DNA of 27,973 nt, the filler included, from an uncultured virus (IMG/VR IMGVR_UViG_2049941000_000863) (lineage: Duplodnaviria; Heunggongvirae; Uroviricota; Caudoviricetes). It is 8 parts of one record of this genome, joined end to end, with 100 filler letters (N's around TTAATTAATTAA, not from the genome) between each part and the next. Parts side by side here need not be neighbours in the genome. Positions count along the whole stretch, not along the records: positions 19,224 to 23,499 come from IMGVR_UViG_2049941000_000863; positions 23,600 to 27,973 come from IMGVR_UViG_2049941000_000863; 6 more parts are not named here. One strand, given 5' to 3'. Under the pieces are notes generated by a model. The model searched no databases. It was not told where the DNA came from and was given only the letters and a program-made list of their open reading frames with translations. How positions within the stretch are numbered: the first letter of the stretch is position 1; the number at the start of each line of letters is the position of its first letter. Both the position numbers and the translations under genes were made by a program. Shown here piece after piece: positions 19,124-27,973 of the stretch.

Positions 19124-19223
19124 NNNNNNNNNNNNNNNNNNNNNNNNNNNNNNNNNNNNNNNNNNNNTTAATTAATTAANNNNNNNNNNNNNNNNNNNNN
19201 NNNNNNNNNNNNNNNNNNNNNNN

Positions 19224-19884
19224 CGTTCCATCTGCAAGTGGATGGTGTCGCAAATGACAAACCCGTCAAAATTGGAGGGGAGGATTTCGTTATACACGAT
19301 TCCGAATCCGGCTACACGGAGTTCATTGAAAGCGGAGTCCTGGAAGATGAGAACAAGTGGAAACCCCTGCCTTTGGGTGGTCTGCTTAACTGCGATACCA
19401 GTTCATCTGGGCATTTGAATCATAACTCAACCTATGACCCCTTAAGAGTCACAACCAAGAGCAACATCTGTGTGCCTTTCCCTGGAATGAGGATTCGCCA
19501 CCGAATCCCAGATGGTTTGCCTTATATTCTTTGCGGCTATTGGTGGGTAGGAACTTCCGACGGAAACCATTCAGTGCTTGCGGGTGGTTCGGCGGCATTT
19601 GTGGACGGAGGCGAGATAACCCTACCAAATACAGCATTATGCATCCGTCCGGTGTTCCGAGCATACACCACAAATTCTGCATCCTATGTTGCACCAATAT
19701 TGGCATCCGACATACAGGCTCTCATAGACAGCGGCAAACTTGCCATTGAATACTACGATGAACGGGATGAAAATGTTGTGGGTCGGAACGAGGCAACGCA
19801 GATTAATCTGCAAGCACTCCGCAGGGAGTTGATTCCGGGTGGTGGTGCATTGAACGGGATGGATTCCATGCCCATTTTCGCCCA
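19224..19884 (+). CDS. Tail-associated protein, fragment preceding a metallophosphoesterase domain
   Basis: Beta-rich domain ending PIFAH, the expected lead-in to a DxH motif. Confidence 0.55.
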
Positions 19885-19896
19885 NNNNNNNNNNAG

Positions 19897-20127
19897 CAAC
19901 TCTGCCTCTGCATTACCTGCGGAAACGCCCTTTACGGCGATTCCTCCAACCCGGCCTGGGCGAATCAGTCCGACCTTCCGAGGGGTGGCGTCGGAGTCTC
20001 CCAGGATGCCTTCTGCGTCTATGCGATTGACCGACTGAACGGGAATGTGAAGGTGATGCGGGTCGGTGCGACCGTCACGCAGATGATGGTGAAACGGGAA
20101 ATGATGGTAATACCTTACAAGGATTAG
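19897..20127 (+). CDS. C-terminus of the metallophosphoesterase-containing protein
   Basis: Frame not in the track: QLCLCITCG...DLPRGG...QDAFCVYAIDR...VKVMRVGA...IPYKD*. Confidence 0.6.
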   Translation, partial: QLCLCITCGNALYGDSSNPAWANQSDLPRGGVGVSQDAFCVYAIDRLNGNVKVMRVGATVTQMMVKREMMVIPYKD

Positions 20128-20535
20128 AAATGGACACGGTGAAACTTTTGNNNNNNNNNNNNNNNNNNNNNNNNNNNNNNNNNNNNNNNNNNNNNNNNNN
20201 NNNNNNNNNNNNNNNNNNNNNNNNNNNNNNNNNNNNNNNNNNNNNNNNNNNNNNNNNNNNNNNNNNNNNNNNNNNNNNNNNNNNNNNNNNNNNNNNNNNN
20301 NNNNNNNNNNNNNNNNNNNNNNNNNNNNNNNNNNNNNNNNNNNNNNNNNNNNNNNNNNNNNNNNNNNNNNNNNNNNNNNNNNNNNNNNNNNNNNNNNNNN
20401 NNNNNNNNNNNNNNNNNNNNNNNNNNNNNNNNNNNNNNNNNNNNNNNNNNNNNNNNNNNNNNNNNNNNNNNNNNNNNNNNNNNNNNNNNNNNNNNNNNNN
20501 NNNNNNNNNNNNNNNNNNNNNNNNNNNNNNAAGAT

Positions 20536-20925
20536 ATGGAAGAAAGAATCAAATTTATGAAGCGGTGGTTTGCTCGGACTGCAATCCTTTCCGCAATCGC
20601 GTTCATCATCGTCGGCTTCCTCGCACCCGTGGAGGCCGGGATGAGTCAGTTCGGCCATTGGCTCAAGACCTTCTTCGGTTGGTGCTGGGTGACGGCCATC
20701 CTGGAGACCCTTGTTTACACCATCGCCCAGGTTGCGTGGCATTGGAAAGATGACTACAAGACCAAGTACGGCGACAAGTGGTTCATCGAAGGCATCAAGG
20801 AGGACTTCCGTTACATCAAGGAGGTCGTAACCTGGAAGAAGGTGCTGAAAACCATCGGCATCTACATCCTGTTCTTCGCCGTGTGCCTGGGCATCTTCTA
20901 TGTCCTTGAACTCCTCGTTCCGTGA
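20536..20925 (+). CDS. Three-TM membrane protein
   Basis: Three hydrophobic segments; lies after the tail genes (lysis or accessory region). Confidence 0.7.
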   Translation: MEERIKFMKRWFARTAILSAIAFIIVGFLAPVEAGMSQFGHWLKTFFGWCWVTAILETLVYTIAQVAWHWKDDYKTKYGDKWFIEGIKEDFRYIKEVVTWKKVLKTIGIYILFFAVCLGIFYVLELLVP

Positions 20926-21109
20926 TGGAGTACCGCATCCTCGGCAACCGGGTCAAGTTGATTGACTCGTACCTCGTCAAGAAGGCCGACTTCTACCCAG
21001 AGTTGTGCAAGATACGCGCCCTGCACCCGTCCTGTCGGCTTTGGCGGCGGAGCGAGATGAACATCATGCGGGAATGGGCCGCGCACAACTGGGCGCACTC
21101 CCTCGGCAT
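20922..21109 (+). CDS. Hypothetical phage protein, N-terminal fragment
   Basis: RSEMNIMREWAAHNWAHSLG; overlaps the previous stop codon. Confidence 0.6.
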
Positions 21110-21233
21110 NNNNNNNNNNCGCCTATTTCGTGATTGGTTCAATCGCGATGATGTTTATCAAATAAACCCCATGTCGGCAGACATATCAGACGACGCTCCA
21201 AATATCTCAAAGGGATTATTAAAGTGAGGGAAT

Positions 21234-21355
21234 AAAAAAGCCCTCGGACATATTTGTAAAAGAGTTCCACCTACATTTACAACAATACCTTCCGGTACAG
21301 GCCGAGGGCTTATGGCCTTCCCTGTGCTGGAGGGTAATGTTATGTAGGTGGAACT
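21234..21355 (-). ncRNA. Candidate ~120-nt structured small / antisense RNA
   Basis: Consensus minus-strand promoter immediately upstream; 14-bp perfect IR (21263-21276 / 21342-21355); 10-bp IR (21238-21247 / 21302-21311) ending in a U6 run on the minus strand. Confidence 0.55.
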
Positions 21356-21358
21356 TTG

Positions 21359-21389
21359 CAAATATAGTAAACATGTCCGAAGATTCAAA
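21359..21389 (-). promoter_or_regulatory. Consensus Bacteroidetes promoter, antisense to the neighbouring genes
   Basis: TTTG (21389-21386), 19 nt, TATATTTG (21366-21359). Confidence 0.7.
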
Positions 21390-21681
21390 CCTTGTCAAGA
21401 AATTGTTATCTGATTGCCTTGGTTTTTTGAAATACAAGGTCGATCACGACAAAATGACGCTTGAGGAAGAACAAGCGTTTGTCAGGCTTATCGAGAAGAA
21501 TATCCCACTTCTCGGCACATCTGAGGACTTTGCTAAATACTACAAACAATCGTCCGTGAACATCCGTTCCGTCATTTCCAGAAAAGTCATAGAAAAGCCA
21601 ATACGGAGAGTATTCTATCCGTTCATCTCTTTTGCAAAGAAAATACCGAAGAAATGGAACTTGTTGCATATAAACGATTGA
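21373..21681 (+). CDS. Basic putative DNA-binding protein heading the unknown cassette
   Basis: GTSEDFAKYYKQSSVNIRSVISRK helix-turn-helix-like segment; AT-rich. Confidence 0.55.
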   Translation: MSEDSNLVKKLLSDCLGFLKYKVDHDKMTLEEEQAFVRLIEKNIPLLGTSEDFAKYYKQSSVNIRSVISRKVIEKPIRRVFYPFISFAKKIPKKWNLLHIND

Positions 21682-21787
21682 GAATCAGTCATAATTGTTG
21701 GAATTACGACAATCTTGCAACATAATTCCTGACGCATAGACAACTACCGACCTTTGCCATAACAATAACCATTAAATCTTATTCGTT

Positions 21788-21962
21788 ATGGCAGAATCTA
21801 CTGTAGTTTACACTCCCGAAAACAACGGAGGTACTGTGCCTGCCTGGATGGCCATGAACAATGGCGGTCTTTTCGGCGGCAACAACGGTTGGGGCGGTGG
21901 CATCCTCGGATTCCTTCTCGGTCTTTTCTTCGGTAACGGCTGGGGCGGCTTCGGCGGCTTCG
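21788..21962 (+). CDS. Gly-rich / TM N-terminus of a cassette protein (continues at 24819)
   Basis: NNGGLFGGNNGWGGGILGFLLGLFFGNGWGGFGGF. Confidence 0.75.
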
Positions 21963-21972
21963 NNNNNNNNNN

Positions 21973-22420
21973 GGAGACGATGATACGCCCGGAACGCCCG
22001 GTCGCTCCATCACGGGCGTGCAGAACTGGTACAAGTTGTGCGCCTCGGAGAACGTGCAGGCTACGCCGATGGAGGTCGCAGATCCGAGCAGCGCGGCTGG
22101 CGGCTCCTGGGCGCTTACCGCCGGNNNNNNNNNNNNNNNNNNNNNNNNNNNNNNNNNNNNNNNNNNNNNNNNNNNNNNNNNNNNCCGACGGCACAGTATC
22201 CGTACCTCCGCTGCTTCATGCAGGTCAATTACGACCAGCCGCTCGCGTCAGGCTACTCATACACCCGCTCCAGCGCTTTCACGGCCAGATACTTCAACAG
22301 CGATTCCTCGCAGGAGTACAACGACCTCCAGGAGGCGATTGAGGCCCTTCGTGACGATATGGAGGCCGACCTCCAGCACTACAACGAGGTTATCGCCGCG
22401 CTGAACGCGGCGCTGGGGAA
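21973..22420 (+). CDS. Large tail protein fragments
   Basis: GTPGRSITGVQNWYK...W and PTAQYPYL motifs followed by a coiled coil. Confidence 0.55.
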
Positions 22421-22430
22421 NNNNNNNNNN

Positions 22431-22967
22431 ACAGGTATGTGACGGTCGGAGATTCCACCTATTCCTGGGTGCATATCGGCACCACTTCGGTCGCCCTGGA
22501 AGAATACGCGACCAACTCCAAAGTCAGCCAGTTAGAGGCCGAATTGACGTTTGATGAAACAAGGAATATTCAGCCGGAGGATATTGCCAATGTAAACGGA
22601 AGAGGCATCACAAGTTCATTCCCTTATGAAATAGTCGCAGAGACGGGTTTCCGGCTTTGGTATCTTCCCGTAAGTGCAGGAAAGACCATCACGATACATC
22701 ACAACCTCGCATCCGGGTGGATTATTTCCGGTAAAACGGCAGATGTTCCGGAAGTCGGTGATGCGGTTTCCGATGTTGTGAGAACGCAGTATAGTTCCAC
22801 TACAAAGAAACGGAGTTTCACGGCAACCGAGGACTGCTATTTCGTTTTCCGTCTTGCATCTGCGGAAAGAAATTTCTATGTGGAAGTCCCGAACGAAGGA
22901 TTTGGCGCAGATGTTCGGGAGGCGATTGAGGCGGTACAGGAAGAGATTGACACCGAAGTCCTCACCA
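22431..22967 (+). CDS. Tail fibre / receptor-binding protein fragment
   Basis: TYSWVHIGTT...YATNSKVSQLE followed by a beta-sandwich-like domain. Confidence 0.55.
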
Positions 22968-22977
22968 NNNNNNNNNN

Positions 22978-23499
22978 GGCGATGCCGTCCTCTATCAAAA
23001 ACGGGATGCCTCGCAGTTCATCTTTGACTTCGCAAACGAACACAACACGGATGTAATCGCTTGCATCGGAAACCACGAATCCCTGCCCACCGGGAGCAGC
23101 ACATTGTTTGCCGACAACCTTTCCGACCTTGCGACAAAGTACGAATACCTCGCATCTGCAGGGACACCTGCGACCAAGTGCTATTTCTACAAGGACTATG
23201 ATGCCAAGAAAGTCCGGGTGATTGTCCTCAATCAGCATGAAGATGGTGTGTACCGCAGAAGAATAGGACAGGCCCAGGTAGACTGGCTCATCGCAACACT
23301 TCTCTCCACTCCGGCTGGCTACGGCATCGTAATCGCCTACCATGCACCGGAGGACAAGGTGGTGGCCGAATCCCCTTATGATGTGTTCCGCCAGCCCGTC
23401 CCGAACACCGGAGCATCCTATGAGCCGGACGGTGCGTATGTGGACAAGAGGGTGGTGGAACTCCTGGTGGATGCGTTCATTTCCCGGACTTCCGTGAAC
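22978..23499 (+). CDS. Calcineurin-like metallophosphoesterase domain fragment
   Basis: Frame open from the gap: GDAV...CIGNHE...YFYKD...RVIVLN...AQVDWL...VIAYH. Confidence 0.8.
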
Positions 23500-23599
23500 N
23501 NNNNNNNNNNNNNNNNNNNNNNNNNNNNNNNNNNNNNNNNNNNTTAATTAATTAANNNNNNNNNNNNNNNNNNNNNNNNNNNNNNNNNNNNNNNNNNNN

Positions 23600-23914
23600 A
23601 CTATTCCATTTGCCGGCCTTCCGGCCACGGCCTCAGTAGCCAATTTCCCAGACAGGGGCATGTATGTCAGCGAGGACCAGGGAATGGTCATCAATGAACT
23701 GACAGCCATGCGCGACAACAGTCAGCGTGTCGTGGACAGTTACGAGGCTCACCGGGCGCTTAGAGACAAGTGCGATGCTCTGCTGCTCTCCCTCAATCCG
23801 GAGAAGCAGAAGGAAATGCAGAACGCAAAGGATGTGGCAGAACTGAAAGGGGAACTTGCCGAGATGAAGCGTATGCTCTCTGCGGTCCTCGGAACGAAAC
23901 AAAAGGAGGATTAA
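23600..23914 (+). CDS. Cassette protein with C-terminal coiled coil (5' truncated)
   Basis: TIPFAGLPATASVANF...SLNPEKQKEMQNAKDVAELKGELAEMKRML. Confidence 0.7.
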   Translation, partial: TIPFAGLPATASVANFPDRGMYVSEDQGMVINELTAMRDNSQRVVDSYEAHRALRDKCDALLLSLNPEKQKEMQNAKDVAELKGELAEMKRMLSAVLGTKQKED

Positions 23915-23916
23915 CA

Positions 23917-24150
23917 ATGGGTATCATTCATATTATGGAACGCGGCGGAGACGACCTCCGCGAGTACAAGAAAGCCGTCAAGATGGCCAAGGAAGCAATC
24001 GAGACCATCTGCGAACTGACCGATGAAATGGAGGAACAGTACGGCGAGCGCGGCTCCCACATGCGCGTTGGCGGCAGTTACCGTCGTCGCGAGGACTGGG
24101 GCGACTATGAAGAACGCCGTGGGCGCGACGGTCGAGGCCGCTACATGTAG
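23917..24150 (+). CDS. 77-aa charged cassette protein ending RRGRDGRGRYM
   Basis: ATG 2 nt after the previous stop; R/G/E/Y-rich low-complexity tail. Confidence 0.75.
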   Translation: MGIIHIMERGGDDLREYKKAVKMAKEAIETICELTDEMEEQYGERGSHMRVGGSYRRREDWGDYEERRGRDGRGRYM

Positions 24151-24156
24151 TAACCA

Positions 24157-24184
24157 GGGGCGGGGAAACTCGCCCCCTATTTTA
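24157..24184 (+). terminator. Hairpin with GAAA tetraloop
   Basis: GGGGCGGG-GAAA-CTCGCCCC followed by CTATTTT. Confidence 0.55.
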
Positions 24185-24263
24185 ACGANNNNNNNNNNGT
24201 TTGGTAATCAGGTAGATATGGGAATCCTTGAGAAATTGGCCGATATTTGTTACCTTTGTCAAT

Positions 24264-24808
24264 ATGGACAAGATAACCAACAGGCCCGACCCGAATGTGG
24301 CATTCCCGAATCCGAAGATTCCCAGCCTTTGCTACATCAAGAATGTGGTGAAGAATCCGCGGATCATCATCGGGGATTACACGTACTATGATGATGTAGA
24401 CGGTGCCGATCAGTTCGAGAAGCATGTCACTCATTTCTATGACTTCATCGGTGACAAACTGGTCATCGGGAAATTCTGCGCCATTGCCAGAGGCATCGAG
24501 TTCGTCATGAACGGCGCCAATCATCGGATGGACGGTGTGACTACCTATCCTTTTTACATAATGGGCGGAGACTGGGGGAGCGCCATTGCGCCGGTGAAAG
24601 ATGAGTTGCCGTTGAAGGGCGACACCGTTGTCGGCAATGACGTTTGGATCGGCCAGCATGTGACCGTGATGCCGGGTGTCCATATCGGCGACGGCGCCAT
24701 CATCGGGGCTAATTCCGTGGTGGCGTCAGATATTCCACCTTATGCCGTGGCGGCCGGCAATCCCTGCCGGGTAATCCGGAAACGCTTTGATGACGAGTTC
24801 ATTGCCTA
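24264..24808 (+). CDS. vat: Vat/CatB-family (streptogramin A-type) O-acetyltransferase, 3' truncated
   Basis: IIIGDYTYYDD, DKLVIGKFCAIA, MNGANH, STYPF-like TTYPF, KGDTVVGNDVWIG hexapeptide repeats; TACCTTTG box at 24251-24258. Confidence 0.88.
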
Positions 24809-24818
24809 NNNNNNNNNN

Positions 24819-25419
24819 CTCCTGATGAACGCGATCAACTCCAACGGCGAAGCCTCCCGTGCGGCTATCCAGAACCTTGCAACCATGCTCGGACAGGACT
24901 ACACGCAGGTGAGCGCAGCAGTCGCAACTCTCCAGAACGGCCTTTCCAGCCTCGCTCTCCAGCAGGCCGTGTCCGTTCCACAAATCATCAACTCCATCCA
25001 GTCCGGCAACTCCACGCTGATGTCGAAGTTGTGTGACTGCTGCTGCGAGAATCGTCTCCTGACTACTCAGCAGGGTTATGAGGCGCAGATTCGCACCCTC
25101 GAGCAGACCAACCAACTCGGCTCCCAGGCTGACCGCAACACCCGTTCCATCACGGATGCCATCAACGCACAGACCGTGGCCATGAACGACCAGTTCTGTG
25201 CGGCCAAGGAGCGCGACTTGCAGGCCGAAATCAACCGGCAGGGCGACCTCATCACCCAACTCCGCAACCAGATCTCGAACGACAAGCAGACCGAGGCGTT
25301 CACCGCCGCGTTCAATGTGCTGAACCAGAAGATTACGGAACTCGCCGCACGCCAGCCGAACACGGTGCCCGTGACCTGGCCGAACCTCGCCGCGGGGAAC
25401 ACCACTCCGTATGTGAGCG
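24819..25419 (+). CDS. Coiled-coil / Cys-cluster body of the Gly-rich cassette protein
   Basis: LLMNAINSNG...KLCDCCCENRLLTTQQGYE...NTRSITDAI; Q/N/A-rich. Confidence 0.75.
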
Positions 25420-26280
25420 NNNNNNNNNNNNNNNNNNNNNNNNNNNNNNNNNNNNNNNNNNNNNNNNNNNNNNNNNNNNNNNNNNNNNNNNNNNNNNNNN
25501 NNNNNNNNNNNNNNNNNNNNNNNNNNNNNNNNNNNNNNNNNNNNNNNNNNNNNNNNNNNNNNNNNNNNNNNNNNNNNNNNNNNNNNNNNNNNNNNNNNNN
25601 NNNNNNNNNNNNNNNNNNNNNNNNNNNNNNNNNNNNNNNNNNNNNNNNNNNNNNNNNNNNNNNNNNNNNNNNNNNNNNNNNNNNNNNNNNNNNNNNNNNN
25701 NNNNNNNNNNNNNNNNNNNNNNNNNNNNNNNNNNNNNNNNNNNNNNNNNNNNNNNNNNNNNNNNNNNNNNNNNNNNNNNNNNNNNNNNNNNNNNNNNNNN
25801 NNNNNNNNNNNNNNNNNNNNNNNNNNNNNNNNNNNNNNNNNNNNNNNNNNNNNNNNNNNNNNNNNNNNNNNNNNNNNNNNNNNNNNNNNNNNNNNNNNNN
25901 NNNNNNNNNNNNNNNNNNNNNNNNNNNNNNNNNNNNNNNNNNNNNNNNNNNTGTATCGTCCTGAAATTGGTTGACCTGGGGTCTGCGGAAAGTAGTATTG
26001 TAACAGGTTGATAGCCGTACGATTCAAANNNNNNNNNNNNNNNNNNNNNNNNNNNNNNNNNNNNNNNNNNNNNNNNNNNNNNNNNNNNNNNNNNNNNNNN
26101 NNNNNNNNNNNNNNNNNNNNNNNNNNNNNNNNNNNNNNNNNNNNNNNNNNNNNNNNNNNNNNNNNNNNNNNNNNNNNNNNNNNNNNNNNNNNNNNNNNNN
26201 NNNNNNNNTGCACCAACGCTGAATCGAAGCACCTTCGGAGCGAAGCGACTTCGCCTGCAGGCGAACGGNNNNNNNNNNAC

Positions 26281-26565
26281 AAAAACGGGAACAAAGCAAA
26301 GCCTATGGAGAAAGATGAGGTTAGGCAGATGCTTGAGAAACATGGCGTTTCGGTCAAAAACAACAGGGCGTATGATGTCCCCTATGTGTTCATGATGGCA
26401 AAGATGGACTACTATGGTTCGTCCATCATTGACGATGCACATCTGGCTTTGTTCGTGAAGGACTATCTCGACGACATCGACGGCTCCAGCAGCAGGGCTT
26501 TCGATGAACTATACATCAAGACCGTGGCCTTGGGAATCCCGATTGACTGGGAAGATGTGATATGA
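26281..26565 (+). CDS. Helical cassette protein (5' truncated)
   Basis: YDVPYVFMMAKMDYYGSSI...KDYLDDIDG...IPIDWEDVI*. Confidence 0.7.
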   Translation, partial: KNGNKAKPMEKDEVRQMLEKHGVSVKNNRAYDVPYVFMMAKMDYYGSSIIDDAHLALFVKDYLDDIDGSSSRAFDELYIKTVALGIPIDWEDVI

Positions 26566-26960
26566 TCCATCGCGCACTCATAATCGGTCGATGGATGGTG
26601 GACTTCCTTTTCAGCAAGAGTAAGTTCGACGAGGACGGCGTAATGGCGTGCCTCCGGGATTGCGGAGCGTCTGGATTTGCAATGGAACAGGCAGACGACC
26701 TTATGCGGACATGTGACTACAACTGCGGTTTCACATTCGCGAACCCGAAGATTAAACGCGCAGTCGTCGTAATAGGCCCGACAACAAGCGGAGCGGAGTT
26801 CACGGACACGCTCGTCCATGAGATTCACCACCTTGCCGTGGCTATTGCAGCGGAACTCGGCATAGACCTCGAAGGGGAAACGCCGGCCTATGTTGCAGGG
26901 GATGCCGCCCGTGACCTCGCAGATGTAGTGTGCGAGTTGGGGTGCTCGCACTGTCATTGA
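26562..26960 (+). CDS. HExxH zinc-metallopeptidase-like protein
   Basis: LVHEIHH followed by GETPAY third-ligand region; ATGA overlap with the previous gene. Confidence 0.7.
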   Translation: MIHRALIIGRWMVDFLFSKSKFDEDGVMACLRDCGASGFAMEQADDLMRTCDYNCGFTFANPKIKRAVVVIGPTTSGAEFTDTLVHEIHHLAVAIAAELGIDLEGETPAYVAGDAARDLADVVCELGCSHCH

Positions 26961-27973
26961 GGCCAGCGAAGTTGGGCGAGTACCTTCCTGTTCGCTTCCC
27001 ATAGGACTGACCAGTCCTTATTGATGTAGATGTTCGTAACCTTCATGCCTTGGTCCACATGACATAGGCAATCATTAACGATACTCTNNNNNNNNNNNNN
27101 NNNNNNNNNNNNNNNNNNNNNNNNNNNNNNNTCCGGCCTATGGTCTTTCGTTTTCTGCCTGTTGTAAATGATGATGCCGTCCTTCGGTGGCCGGCAGTTC
27201 AGCAGGTCTGGTGCGTTCATTCCCATCAGTGCGAACGAGATAAGGAACGCATCTACGGCCCTTCGCTCCCTGCCTTTCAGCGTCTCCCGTGTGTCAATCA
27301 TCTGCTGGAGGACACTTATTTCCACATCACGGTGCCTGGTCGCCGGTGCCTGTTTCGGTGGCGAATAGAACTCGAACGGGTTTCGGATAGGCTGTTCGCC
27401 GGTCTCGTCGTTGTTGTACTTCTTCCGTGCGAGCGAATGGACATGCTTTACGGCTGCGGTGTACATGGTGACGGCCCTCGCGCCTTTCCCATGCTTTTTC
27501 TCCAGGAACGATTCGTATTCACGCATCAGTCTTGATGTGACGCGGGAGATGTCCAGCGTATCAGTACCGACGAATCGCTTGAACGCCCTGTATGCTACCA
27601 TGTAATTCTCCCTGCTGCCTTTGGGCTTGTCTGCCACGGCCTGCGGCCAGAACGCGAGGAAGTCCAGCCGGAAGTCCCCGTTTATCCTGCGGTTCATGTG
27701 CGAGAGGATCTCGTCTATGTCAAGTTGTTCGAGAGTGTACATGTCGAGGTCGCTCACGGCATCTCGCATCTTAGTCTCAAGGCGGAGCATCCGGTTAAGC
27801 AACTCCGCATCTTTGATGGCAAGTTTTTTCGTGAGTTGGGACGGCGAGGCGATTTCGCTGGTTGTGATGTACCTCGATTTTTTCTTGAATGTGACGCGCA
27901 TCTTGACGCTATAAGTACCGTCCTGACGCTTGTACTGGGTGTAGATGACGGGTGCAAAGGTAATCCGTGCCAT
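26954..27973 (-). CDS. int: Tyrosine recombinase / phage integrase (Bacteroidetes type)
   Basis: Arm-binding N-terminus (KRQDGTYSVKMRVT), SAM-like domain, NPF, GMNAPDL, YNRQKT, LCH...VTNIY; internal gap. Confidence 0.92.
   Translation of the reverse strand: MARITFAPVIYTQYKRQDGTYSVKMRVTFKKKSRYITTSEIASPSQLTKKLAIKDAELLNRMLRLETKMRDAVSDLDMYTLEQLDIDEILSHMNRRINGDFRLDFLAFWPQAVADKPKGSRENYMVAYRAFKRFVGTDTLDISRVTSRLMREYESFLEKKHGKGARAVTMYTAAVKHVHSLARKKYNNDETGEQPIRNPFEFYSPPKQAPATRHRDVEISVLQQMIDTRETLKGRERRAVDAFLISFALMGMNAPDLLNCRPPKDGIIIYNRQKTKDHRPXXXXXXXXXXXXXXXXSIVNDCLCHVDQGMKVTNIYINKDWSVLWEANRKVLAQLRWPQ

Larger units (their letters stand above)
1..27973. mobile_element. Fragmented temperate phage / prophage of a Bacteroidales host
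   Basis: Repressor/Cro switch, replication protein, RusA, terminase, capsid, tail fibre fragments and a tyrosine integrase in one window; TAnnTTTG promoter boxes. att sites are not visible. Confidence 0.93.

Noticed and set aside
17020..23499. Diversity-generating retroelement or invertible tail locus
   Set aside because: No reverse transcriptase, TR/VR pair or invertase visible in the sequenced parts.
1911..23555. Seven copies of TTAATTAATTAA as a biological repeat or CRISPR
   Set aside because: Always embedded in N padding; artificial stop linker.
24228..25964. Apparent Vat acetyltransferase / coiled-coil fusion protein
   Set aside because: Two unrelated contigs joined in frame across a 10-N gap.
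26209..26268. TGCACCA as a tRNA 3' end / att core followed by short CGAAG-CTTCG hairpins
   Set aside because: Only 7 bases visible beside a gap; no tRNA body or second copy to support it.
27200..27240. Integrase lacking the first catalytic Arg (GMNAPDL)
   Set aside because: This variant is common in Bacteroidetes tyrosine recombinases and is not evidence of inactivity.

Overview
This window is a heavily gapped, out-of-order draft of a temperate phage (prophage) of a Bacteroidales host. The host is inferred from TAnnTTTG-type promoters, absence of obvious Shine-Dalgarno sites and a Bacteroidetes-type integrase. The sequence is a set of short contigs joined by N gaps and seven artificial TTAATTAATTAA six-frame-stop linkers, so many ORF-track entries are chimeras. 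Re-ordering the fragments gives: a CI/Cro/Xis-like switch; replication and early genes; RusA; a leftward operon (PAP-repeat protein, rhomboid protease, large terminase in three pieces); a rightward head operon (scaffold, major capsid protein in five pieces, adaptor); tail and fibre fragments including a calcineurin-like phosphoesterase; a multi-gene cassette of unknown function; an HExxH protein; and a tyrosine integrase. A Vat-family acetyltransferase sits on its own contig. Most notable: (1) a phage rhomboid protease together with a major capsid protein carrying an N-terminal membrane or signal-like leader; (2) a 16-bp motif, TTGGGAAAGATAGACC, present three times exactly 21 nt upstream of a -7-like box in front of virion genes; (3) a structured, promoter-driven antisense RNA candidate upstream of the unknown cassette. 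All family assignments come from motif recognition by eye, not database searches.
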